From: a virus
Virus record (IMG/VR): IMGVR_UViG_3300030098_000945
Span: 5,713-69,712 of that record
Reading direction: 5' to 3' (one strand)
DNA: 64,000 nt
Shown here: piece by piece, positions 9,211 to 17,029 of the stretch
Layout: each line of letters starts with the position of its first letter
How positions within the stretch are numbered: position 1 is the first letter of the stretch
Notes under the pieces: generated by a model
Seen by the model: the letters and a program-made list of their open reading frames with translations, nothing else
Told to the model about the DNA's origin: nothing
Database searches by the model: none
Program-made: the position numbers and the translations under genes

Positions 9211-9831
9211 ATGTGGGGATTAGTACAAGATGGATCAATTACAAAATTTATAAATAAACCAAAAGGTTTAGTTATTGGCGATGTTCGTCATTCAAGAAAA
9301 ATATTTGAATTATGGAGTAAAGCAGAACTAGAAGCTATTGGAATTTATGAAGTAGAATTTGATAATTCTAATAAAAAAGATGAGCAATGGTATATTAACA
9401 CCAATCAATCTTTTGCTTTTGCTGATGGAAAAATTACAGCAAGTTATGGTTCAGCTACAGCTAAAGCTCATGCTGATATTTTATGGACAGAACAAGACAA
9501 AACAGATGGTTTAATACCAGATGATAAAGATGTAGGCGATGTTGCTGTCAAAGGATTAAAAACAGTTTTAATTGAAAATATAAAAAAACAAGCTGCTGGA
9601 ATATTACAAGATACAGATTGGTACATAACTAGAAAAGCAGATGCTGGAACAGCAGTACCAAGTTCAATCACTACTCATAGAGCAGCGGTTAGAACAAAAG
9701 CCGCTGAACAAGAAACTCAAATTACAAACGCAGCAGATACACCAGCTCTTGAAACTTTATATACTTATACAAGACAAGAAGATGGATCAGTTACTAGACC
9801 ATTAGGCGAACTACCAACATTGGAGAGTTAA
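9211..9831 (+). CDS. Tail fibre assembly/chaperone-like protein
   Basis: LQDTDWYITRKA...R motif typical of tail assembly chaperones; homologue at 46883. Confidence 0.65.
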   Translation: MWGLVQDGSITKFINKPKGLVIGDVRHSRKIFELWSKAELEAIGIYEVEFDNSNKKDEQWYINTNQSFAFADGKITASYGSATAKAHADILWTEQDKTDGLIPDDKDVGDVAVKGLKTVLIENIKKQAAGILQDTDWYITRKADAGTAVPSSITTHRAAVRTKAAEQETQITNAADTPALETLYTYTRQEDGSVTRPLGELPTLES

Positions 9832-11282
9832 TGCCTTTAATTATACCAGCTAATACTTTATCTGGCGGATATGAAGTAGCCAACTCATGTAGGTTTAATG
9901 ATGGTGATAGTGCCAGTATGACTAAAACACCTGGCTCAAATGGTAGTCAAACAACATTTACATTTAGTTGTTGGGTAAAAAGAAGTGCTTTAGGATCAGC
10001 TCAAAATATTATAACAGCTAGATATTCTGGTGGAACATCAGGTAGTAGATATTCTTATCTGCAATTTGATGGAGATGATAAAATAGTTGTTTTTGGTGGA
10101 GTTTATTCAACAAGTTCCACATCTCAATCTTTTCAAAAGCAATCTCCTGGTGTTTATAGAGATTGTTCTGCCTGGTATAACATTTGTTGGATTCATGATA
10201 CAACAGAAGATTCTGCTATTAATAGAGATAAACTTTTTGTAAATGGAACCCAAGTTACTTGGAATACTGGTTATACTTATGATGGAGATGCCGCAGAAGA
10301 TGCTGCAACATTTTTTAATGTAACAACCTCTCCAATATATATTGGTCAATATGATAGCTCTAATTATTTTGATGGATATATGGCAGAAGTTTGTTTCATT
10401 GATGGTTCAGCTTTAGCTGCAACTTCTTTTGGAGAATTTGACGAAGATAGTCCGACAATTTGGAAACCGAAAGATGTATCAGGATTAACTTTTGGTACTA
10501 ATGGTTTTTATTTAGATTTTGAAGATAGTAGTAATTTAGGTAATGATGCAAATGGTGGAACAGATTTTACAGAATCTAATCTAGCAGCAACAGATCAAGC
10601 TACAGATACACCGACTAATAATTTTGCAACTTGGAATCCTTTAGCACAAACACCACAAAAAGGAACAATAGCAGAAGGAAATTTAGAATATGATAGATCA
10701 GGATCAAGTGATAATTGGGTAACCATTGCTTCAACAATAGCTGCTACAGCTGGAAAATGGTATTATGAATATAAAATTATTGATGGTGGAAGTAGTGCTG
10801 GTAATGGTTCATTAGTAGGATTTTTAGATTACAATACATCTGCTTTTCAACATACAGCTAATGATGCTATAACAAATGCAGGAGAATATGCTTGGTATGG
10901 TGCTTCTGGAAATCTTTACATAAATGGCACAGATGTTGCACAAGTAGATAGTTACACCGATGATGATATAGTTATGGTAGCAATGGATTTAGATAATTCA
11001 AAGGCGTATTGGGGTAAAAATGGCACATGGATAGATTCAGGAGATCCAACATCAGGAGCAACAGGAACTGGTGCTAGGGATATTGCAAATGTTTCTTCTG
11101 GTACTTTTGCTTTTGCAGTTTCACATAGAGAAGGTGGTAATGGTCAAGCAAACTTTGGCAATCCACCATTTAGTATCTCATCAGGAAACGCAGATGATAA
11201 TGGATATGGAAATTTTGAATATGATGTTCCTACTGGTTATCTTGCGTTATGTACGAAGAATTTAGGAAGTGATGGAGGATAA
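9831..11282 (+). CDS. Concanavalin A/LamG + SPRY-like lectin tail protein
   Basis: TFSCWVKR, WYNICW, FDGYMAEV and GKWYYE motifs. Confidence 0.8.
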   Translation: MPLIIPANTLSGGYEVANSCRFNDGDSASMTKTPGSNGSQTTFTFSCWVKRSALGSAQNIITARYSGGTSGSRYSYLQFDGDDKIVVFGGVYSTSSTSQSFQKQSPGVYRDCSAWYNICWIHDTTEDSAINRDKLFVNGTQVTWNTGYTYDGDAAEDAATFFNVTTSPIYIGQYDSSNYFDGYMAEVCFIDGSALAATSFGEFDEDSPTIWKPKDVSGLTFGTNGFYLDFEDSSNLGNDANGGTDFTESNLAATDQATDTPTNNFATWNPLAQTPQKGTIAEGNLEYDRSGSSDNWVTIASTIAATAGKWYYEYKIIDGGSSAGNGSLVGFLDYNTSAFQHTANDAITNAGEYAWYGASGNLYINGTDVAQVDSYTDDDIVMVAMDLDNSKAYWGKNGTWIDSGDPTSGATGTGARDIANVSSGTFAFAVSHREGGNGQANFGNPPFSISSGNADDNGYGNFEYDVPTGYLALCTKNLGSDGG

Positions 11283-12347
11283 ATGGCAGTTTATACATCA
11301 ATAGACAATCCAGAATTATATTTTCAGTGTAAGCTCTATACTGGAAATGGAAGCACAAATGCTATTACTTTAGATGGCGATGAAAATATGCAACCAGATT
11401 TAGTTTGGGTTAAACGAAGAAATGGTGCTACTAAATCAATGTTATTTGATAATGCAAGATCAGCTAATTTTTTACAAACAGAATCAAGTGATGCTGAACA
11501 AGATGGTGCAGATTATTTTGTTTCATTAGATAGTGATGGTTTTACTTTTGAGGGTTCAGATAACTCTAATAATGCAAGTTCACAAACGTATGTAGCTTGG
11601 TGCTGGAAAATGGCTAATGGAACAGCTTCAAATTCTAATGGAACAAATATTACTTCAACTGTTTCTGCCAATACAACTGCTGGACAATCTATCGTTTCTT
11701 ATAGTGGATCTGGAACAACATCAGATACAGTTGGACATGGTTTAAGTTCATTGGATTTTTTAATTGTAAAAAGTAGAGGTGAAAATGATAGTTGGTTTGT
11801 AAAACATAAAGATTTAGCTTCAAGTAAAAATTTGAATTTAAACCAAACTGTAGCAGAAACAGATGTTACTTCAGCTTATAGCGAAGGTGGTTTATCTAAT
11901 TTATCTGGTAATACTTTTGGATTTTTAGATGGAACTTCAGATGCAAATGCTGTTAATGAAAGTTCCGAAGCGCATATCGCATATTGCTTTAAAAGTGTTC
12001 AAGGTTATTCAAAATTTGGCTCATTCACAGGAAATGGAAATGCTTCAGGAACATTTGTTTTCTGTGGCTTTCGACCAGCTTGGATACTTATAAAAAATTC
12101 GTCAAGTGTTACTTCATGGACTTTGTACGATAATAAAAGACCAGGCTTTAATGAAGATAATGCTTATTTATTGCCTGATGCTAGTGATAATGAATTAAGT
12201 GATAAAGATATTGATTTACTTTCTAATGGTTTTAAACCAAGAACAAGTAATAGTGCTTTGAACACATCAGGAGATACATATATCTTTATGGCGTTTGCAG
12301 AAGCACCATTTGTCAACTCTAAAGGCGTTCCAGCCAATTCTCGTTGA
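11283..12347 (+). CDS. Tail-associated beta-rich structural protein
   Basis: YTGNG repeats, PDLVWVK, YVAWCW, GFRPAWILIK, MAFAEAPF; homologue at 48948. Confidence 0.7.
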   Translation: MAVYTSIDNPELYFQCKLYTGNGSTNAITLDGDENMQPDLVWVKRRNGATKSMLFDNARSANFLQTESSDAEQDGADYFVSLDSDGFTFEGSDNSNNASSQTYVAWCWKMANGTASNSNGTNITSTVSANTTAGQSIVSYSGSGTTSDTVGHGLSSLDFLIVKSRGENDSWFVKHKDLASSKNLNLNQTVAETDVTSAYSEGGLSNLSGNTFGFLDGTSDANAVNESSEAHIAYCFKSVQGYSKFGSFTGNGNASGTFVFCGFRPAWILIKNSSSVTSWTLYDNKRPGFNEDNAYLLPDASDNELSDKDIDLLSNGFKPRTSNSALNTSGDTYIFMAFAEAPFVNSKGVPANSR

Positions 12348-12387
12348 TTAAATAAAATAACAAAATTAATAAGAGGAGAAGTACACT

Positions 12388-12600
12388 ATGAAGGTGCTAC
12401 TAATTATGATTATGTGTAGCGCAGTTCAGAATGAGTGTCTACCTCCACATCAAATGCCAACAACTTATGACAGCTACTATGATTGTTTACAAGCTGGCTA
12501 CCAGGAGGCAATTTTAAAACAAACTGAAATAGGAAAAGCGGATACTAATGAACATAAAATATTCATTAGGTTCACTTGTAAGGGAACTTATGAAACGTAA
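12388..12600 (+). CDS. Small Cys-containing exported protein
   Basis: Good SD (GAGGAG); conserved at 50148. Confidence 0.7.
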   Translation: MKVLLIMIMCSAVQNECLPPHQMPTTYDSYYDCLQAGYQEAILKQTEIGKADTNEHKIFIRFTCKGTYET

Positions 12601-12826
12601 AAAAAAATCAATTTTATCTAATCTTGAAGAAACAAATGGAATAAGAATATCTTATCATGAAAAGGTTTGTGCAGAGAGGATGAAAACTTTGTTTAAAGCA
12701 ATAGATGAAATGAGAAAAGATATTAAAGAATTAAAAACTTTTATGAATGTAGGAAAAGGTGCTGCCGCAATAATAATCTTTATTGGGGGTTTACTTGGCT
12801 CGATTTTCTACTTCTTCACGAAATAG
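12590..12826 (+). CDS. Coiled-coil + C-terminal TM protein (HEKVCAER family, lysis region)
   Basis: Conserved at 50350; start reassigned to ATG 12590. Confidence 0.65.
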   Translation: MKRKKKSILSNLEETNGIRISYHEKVCAERMKTLFKAIDEMRKDIKELKTFMNVGKGAAAIIIFIGGLLGSIFYFFTK

Positions 12827-13088
12827 AACTACAGCTGCTAAAGGTTTAAGTAGTGAACTATTAGCTGCCGCAAAGTTTGCCAAAGATCCAAACTTAATTG
12901 TGTTCACACCAGTTGGTGCTGGACCCATAGATATATTAACTTTGAATATTAAAACGGGGGAGTACCAAGGTTATGATGTCAAGACAAGAAATTACCGTAA
13001 AGATGGTTCTAAAATTAATAGACCAAGAACCAGGGAACAAAAAAGACTAGGTGTTAAAATTTTTAATTTTGACCCAGAAAAGGATTGA
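12783..13088 (+). CDS. PD-(D/E)XK-like endonuclease
   Basis: E...GPIDIL...DVKT pattern; conserved at 50546; start uncertain. Confidence 0.55.
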   Translation: MGVYLARFSTSSRNRTTAAKGLSSELLAAAKFAKDPNLIVFTPVGAGPIDILTLNIKTGEYQGYDVKTRNYRKDGSKINRPRTREQKRLGVKIFNFDPEKD

Positions 13089-13094
13089 AGAGTT

Positions 13095-13532
13095 ATGGAT
13101 ACATATAACGAGCTTAAACAAGACATTAAAACCCACGAAGGTTACAGAGATCATATATACAAAGATAGCCTGGGTATTCCTACTATCTTTTGGGGTCATA
13201 TGGTTTTACCTACCGATGATTATGTTGAAGGTGTTAATTACAGTATTGAAGATGCTGAGAAGTGTTTTAATAAAGATTTTAATATTGCTCTACAAGCTGC
13301 TGAGAAGTTAATTGGCGATATAGAAGTTAATCATATTCAGAAATGCGTAATCATTGAATGCGTGTATCAACTTGGTGGACCAAGGTTTTCAAAATTTAAA
13401 AAGTTTTGGCAAGCTATGAAAGATGGTGATATGGAAAAAGCTGCCGATGAAATGATAGATAGCAGATGGCACAAACAAACACCTAGTAGATGTGAGAAAG
13501 CTGCTGCTAAAATGAGGAGCAGTAATAAATGA
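13095..13532 (+). CDS. Endolysin, T4-lysozyme/GH24 family
   Basis: HEG-x-YKDSLGIPTIFWGH (E-x8-D-x5-T triad), MIDSRWHKQTP. Confidence 0.9.
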   Translation: MDTYNELKQDIKTHEGYRDHIYKDSLGIPTIFWGHMVLPTDDYVEGVNYSIEDAEKCFNKDFNIALQAAEKLIGDIEVNHIQKCVIIECVYQLGGPRFSKFKKFWQAMKDGDMEKAADEMIDSRWHKQTPSRCEKAAAKMRSSNK

Positions 13533-13912
13533 TACAATTTTTAGGTTTCTTAAAAAATCCTCTGGTTAAATTTGTAGCAAATAAAACCATGGGTGCAATT
13601 ACTCATAAGCTAGAAAAAGATAAAATTATTAAAGCCAAAGAATTAGAAGCTGCTAATAACCTGGATGTTAAAAAGGTTGAGGTGCAGCTTGAACAAGTAA
13701 GACAACAACAAAATTCGTGGAAAGACGAATGGCTCGTATTATTTTTTTCCATAATCTTTGGATTACATTTTACACCTTGGACAGTCTCCTGGTGTGATAG
13801 AGCTTGGGATGCTCTTCAAAAAGCAGATCCAATGTTTTGGTATATAATTTTAACAATGGTAGGAGCGAGCTTTGGTGTAACTACCATGAACAAGTTAGGT
13901 AAAAAGAAATGA
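13529..13912 (+). CDS. Putative holin
   Basis: Follows endolysin; SWKDEW motif plus two TM segments and a basic C-terminus. Confidence 0.7.
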   Translation: MIQFLGFLKNPLVKFVANKTMGAITHKLEKDKIIKAKELEAANNLDVKKVEVQLEQVRQQQNSWKDEWLVLFFSIIFGLHFTPWTVSWCDRAWDALQKADPMFWYIILTMVGASFGVTTMNKLGKKK

Positions 13913-14196
13913 CAATAACTAAATCAGACTTTGATCCGCATTGCTTTGGCGGTCATTATCAAGAACCACCAGATACTTTACACTTTCAGTTTGAAGGTGC
14001 TAGATGCGATAACTATGTTTACAGATACATATTAGTTGACAAGTTTAGACCCAATAAGATTGATGCAAGAAGTAAAAAGACAGAGGAAGAAAAAGATAAA
14101 TCTGGAAAAGAGATAGCTGCTAGTTACTTACCTTTGGTTTTAACAGAGGAAGTAAAACCAACTTTAATAGATAAGATAAAAAATATTTTTTTTTAA
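13909..14196 (+). CDS. Hypothetical protein (YRYxLVDKF family)
   Basis: Conserved at 51674; paralogue at 34028. Confidence 0.7.
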   Translation: MTITKSDFDPHCFGGHYQEPPDTLHFQFEGARCDNYVYRYILVDKFRPNKIDARSKKTEEEKDKSGKEIAASYLPLVLTEEVKPTLIDKIKNIFF

Positions 14197-14696
14197 TGAT
14201 TGACCCAAAAGAAGATGAGTTATCTCATTTTGCACATTGGTATTTAAACTCTGGAGAAGTTGATAAAGTTTATACACCTATAAAAAATGGTTTATTATTT
14301 ATAGAAGGTGTAAGTGGAATTGTTTTATATAGAAATAAACCTTTTCAAGTTGAGCTTTTTATTTGTCAACCTAATCTGGTTATACCAGAACATACACATC
14401 CAGACGTAGATAGTTACGAATGTTTTTTGTATGGAATGAAATTTACTCATTCTGGTAATACAGCTATTGATATTGAACAAGCATTAGAGGAACAAAATGG
14501 TTATCCAATTAATGCTTATCAAACCATAAGAGTTAAACCAAACGATCTTCATGGTGGAACTGCATCAAAATATGGTGGAGCTTTTATATCAATTCAGCAT
14601 TGGTTAAATGACGTAGATCCAACTCATGTTAGTTCAAATTGGGATGGAAAATCTATGGGTAAAAATCATTCGGAACAAGCGGGATTGAATGGCTAG
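14196..14696 (+). CDS. Cupin-fold protein (unit A only)
   Basis: IPEHTHPDVDSYE...LHGG metal-binding cupin motifs. Confidence 0.65.
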   Translation: MIDPKEDELSHFAHWYLNSGEVDKVYTPIKNGLLFIEGVSGIVLYRNKPFQVELFICQPNLVIPEHTHPDVDSYECFLYGMKFTHSGNTAIDIEQALEEQNGYPINAYQTIRVKPNDLHGGTASKYGGAFISIQHWLNDVDPTHVSSNWDGKSMGKNHSEQAGLNG

Positions 14697-14823
14697 AGTT
14701 AAGTTTACTCACTTTGTACCAAGGGATAAACCACCTAAAAGACCAGGGGTACATAAAAAAAATTTAAACAAATCTGAAAAGAGAAACAAAAAACTTACTA
14801 GATATAAGGGTCAAGGCAGATGA
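14689..14823 (+). CDS. 44-aa basic peptide ending YKGQGR
   Basis: Translated by hand; stop overlaps next start; counterpart at 51960. Confidence 0.7.
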   Translation: MARVKFTHFVPRDKPPKRPGVHKKNLNKSEKRNKKLTRYKGQGR

Positions 14824-15182
14824 AGATAAACGAGAATACAAATATTTCTTTACCAGTTAGAAATCTTTTAGCTTTGTGTGCGGCTGTAGCTTTGGGAATT
14901 TTCGCATATACAGAAATAACAGCCAGGATTACGAGCTTAGAAACATCAAGAGAATTACACCAAGCAGATTTATTAAAGAAGAGCGAGCAGTTACCAACAG
15001 ATCAAGAACAGTTTATGCTGCTTGAACACATAGCGGGTCAAGTAGAAAATATAGAAAAAGAGATGGAGGGTATGAGAAACAATACTGTAAATCTTAATAG
15101 AGCTATGGAAGATATAAAACAAATTGAACAAACTTTAGAAATTTTAAAAGACAAAGTAAGAGATAATGGTAACCACCAATGA
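14820..15182 (+). CDS. TM + coiled-coil protein
   Basis: Conserved at 52088. Confidence 0.7.
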   Translation: MKINENTNISLPVRNLLALCAAVALGIFAYTEITARITSLETSRELHQADLLKKSEQLPTDQEQFMLLEHIAGQVENIEKEMEGMRNNTVNLNRAMEDIKQIEQTLEILKDKVRDNGNHQ

Positions 15183-15430
15183 TGGAAAAAATATTAACAT
15201 TATTGGTTGGATTATTAATTGCTTTAGGAGGCTGGTCGCTTTCCAGAACATTTGAACTATCTACGGGTCAAGCAGTTCTTGAAGATAAAGTTGAAAGATT
15301 AGAAATGCAGCTAACATTAATAGATCAGAAGATGGATGAAATGTTTGATATGGATGAAGAAATTATGAAACAACACGAACAATTATTTAAAAAATTAGAA
15401 AATTCAAACACAGGGTATAGTTATAACTAA
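15179..15430 (+). CDS. TM + coiled-coil protein
   Basis: ORF coupled to both neighbours. Confidence 0.6.
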   Translation: MMEKILTLLVGLLIALGGWSLSRTFELSTGQAVLEDKVERLEMQLTLIDQKMDEMFDMDEEIMKQHEQLFKKLENSNTGYSYN

Positions 15431-15645
15431 TGATAGAAACAGTAATAGCTCTTTTATTAATTGTAGATCACGAAATAAAAGAACACAGAATACAAGATAG
15501 TTTAAGTAAATGCTTAAAAGGGAAGAGGGTAGCCGAGAGGCAATTAAAATCTGGAGATAGAGTTCAATATAAATGTATTAAATCTAAAGCAGAGATAGAA
15601 GTTTATATGGGAGAAAAAAAAATAACTAAATTAATAATGGAATAA
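15430..15645 (+). CDS. Hypothetical protein (CLKGKR motif)
   Basis: Conserved at 52447. Confidence 0.7.
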   Translation: MIETVIALLLIVDHEIKEHRIQDSLSKCLKGKRVAERQLKSGDRVQYKCIKSKAEIEVYMGEKKITKLIME

Positions 15646-15821
15646 TGGATATAAAAGATAAAATAGTTGGATTAGCTTTAGTAGCTTTGGTTTCACTTAT
15701 TGGTTGGAACCTTCACGCTACTTGGGATTTAAAATCTGAATTAATGAAAATTCAACAAGATCAAAAAGTCTTACACAAGAAAATGAATAAAGTTTTAAAA
15801 AAAGTTAAAAAGAAAAAATGA
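15645..15821 (+). CDS. 58-aa TM + coiled-coil protein (i-spanin-like candidate)
   Basis: Translated by hand, MDIKDKIVGLALVALVSLIGW...; TAATG/ATGA coupling. Confidence 0.55.
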   Translation: MDIKDKIVGLALVALVSLIGWNLHATWDLKSELMKIQQDQKVLHKKMNKVLKKVKKKK

Positions 15822-15982
15822 AGTATTGGATAATAGTTATAGTCTATACTTTATTATTTTTAACAGCTTGTGTTTATAAGTTAGAGCCAAATCAAACTAC
15901 TGTTGAATATGGTACTTCTGAAAATGGTAAAGATAAAACAAGTAAAAGTATTAAACAAACTTTTAAATGGAATAAGCAATGA
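15818..15982 (+). CDS. 54-aa lipoprotein (o-spanin or exclusion candidate)
   Basis: MKYWIIVIVYTLLFLTA-C lipobox. Confidence 0.6.
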   Translation: MKYWIIVIVYTLLFLTACVYKLEPNQTTVEYGTSENGKDKTSKSIKQTFKWNKQ

Positions 15983-16095
15983 TTGATAAAATTTTATTAA
16001 AATTTTTTGGCGGTATAGATAAAGTAACCGAATGGCTCTTTGCCTGGCAAGCTCCTAGATGCAAATGCAAAAACAGAAAAAAAAGACGTGGGTAA
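15979..16095 (+). CDS. 38-aa peptide (MIDK..FFGGID..RCKC)
   Basis: Conserved at 52670-52783. Confidence 0.6.
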   Translation: MIDKILLKFFGGIDKVTEWLFAWQAPRCKCKNRKKRRG

Positions 16096-16256
16096 AACCA
16101 GTTCAATATGTAATGAATATTGGACCATGTAGGTATTGCAAAAAGGAAATGGAAAATACTGAAAGTTTTGTAGCTTTTTTAGATAAAACTAAAGCTCATT
16201 ATCAATGTATGAAAGAAGATGATAACCAGAGAGCTTTGGATAAGACTTTTGAATAA
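16059..16256 (+). CDS. Small zinc-finger protein (CxxC...HxxC)
   Basis: CRYC and HYQC; conserved at 55135. Confidence 0.7.
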   Translation: MQMQKQKKKTWVKPVQYVMNIGPCRYCKKEMENTESFVAFLDKTKAHYQCMKEDDNQRALDKTFE

Positions 16257-16412
16257 TTAATTTAATTTTATTTTAGGGTCTTTTTTTAATAAAATAAAAG
16301 CAGTATTTCTTATTTGTAATGCTTTTAATTTAGATCTTTCTTCTACATCTTTTTTCATTCTTTGGTGTATTTCTCTTACTTGTTCAGCAGTATAAATTTT
16401 TTTTTTCTTCAT
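16257..16412 (-). CDS. 51-aa basic protein downstream of tRNA-Pro (unit A only)
   Basis: Translated by hand, MKKKKIYTAEQVREIHQRM...; TTGATC..TATATT upstream. Confidence 0.5.
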   Translation of the reverse strand: MKKKKIYTAEQVREIHQRMKKDVEERSKLKALQIRNTAFILLKKDPKIKLN

Positions 16413-16450
16413 AAATTAATAATAATATAAAAATTATAAAGATCAAATAG

Positions 16451-16527
16451 TGGTCTGGGTGGGAGGATTTGAACCTCCGATCCTCTGCTCCCAAAGCAGA
16501 TGCGATACCAGGCTTCGCTACACCCAG
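16451..16527 (-). tRNA. trnP: tRNA-Pro(TGG), complete with encoded CCA
   Basis: Acceptor CTGGGTG/CACCCAG-A-CCA, anticodon arm TCTGC-TT-TGG-GA-GCAGA, T arm GGAGG-TTCAAAT-CCTCC. Confidence 0.95.
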
Positions 16528-16539
16528 ACAATTTTAAAT

Positions 16540-16766
16540 TGGGGAGTATATGGGGAGTAAAAGATGGTATCAAATAGAAACTTCACTATTTTAAAAGGTT
16601 ATTTTATAGGTATATTTGTCAACTATTTTTTTACAATTTAAGAAAGAAACTGTTATATAACAATACAAATCGGAGATTTTAACGGTAGGTTCAAATGCTA
16701 TCGCTCCTCTAAAAAAAGTGTTGATAATTAATATTTTTTTTTAAGTGGGGAGTAAAGTGGGGAGTG
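16540..16766. other. attP of unit A: arm repeats TGGGGAGT x4 around core AGGTTCAAAT (16687)
   Basis: Downstream of the integrase operon; geometry identical to the unit B site. Confidence 0.75.
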
Positions 16767-16776
16767 AATTATTATA

Positions 16777-16799
16777 GGCGGGGAGTATGGATCCCCGCC
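16777..16799. terminator. GC-rich hairpin GGCGGGGA/TCCCCGCC
   Basis: Perfect 8-bp stem at the end of the leftward operon. Confidence 0.6.
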
Positions 16800-16819
16800 A
16801 ATCTTTCTTAACTTATTAT

Positions 16820-16987
16820 TTATTTACCTCCTTTAATATATTGTTTAGCTTCTTCTTTATTCACAAAGAATTTTTTAGTAAATAATTCAAGATTAAGAGT
16901 ATTAATTAATTTTTTTAATTTAATTTTTTTTGGTCTATTAGAACCATTTTTTACTACCCAAACATAAAGATCTTTTTTAATTGTCAT
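16820..16987 (-). CDS. 55-aa hypothetical protein (unit A only)
   Basis: Translated by hand, MTIKKDLYVWVVKNG... Confidence 0.5.
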   Translation of the reverse strand: MTIKKDLYVWVVKNGSNRPKKIKLKKLINTLNLELFTKKFFVNKEEAKQYIKGGK

Positions 16988-16995
16988 ATTTTAAA

Positions 16996-17013
16996 GTGGG
17001 GATTTCTCCCCAC
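16996..17013 (-). terminator. Hairpin GTGGGGA/TCCCCAC after the XRE gene
   Basis: Stem-loop followed by TTT on the minus strand. Confidence 0.5.
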
Positions 17014-17029
17014 CTTTGTTTTAAACATA

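Noticed and set aside
9831-12347. Diversity-generating retroelement acting on the lectin genes
   Set aside because: No reverse transcriptase and no template/variable repeat pair differing only at adenines was seen
16780-16788. Fifth GGGGAGT arm site
   Set aside because: Part of a terminator-like hairpin, with no GAGT counterpart at the same position in unit B
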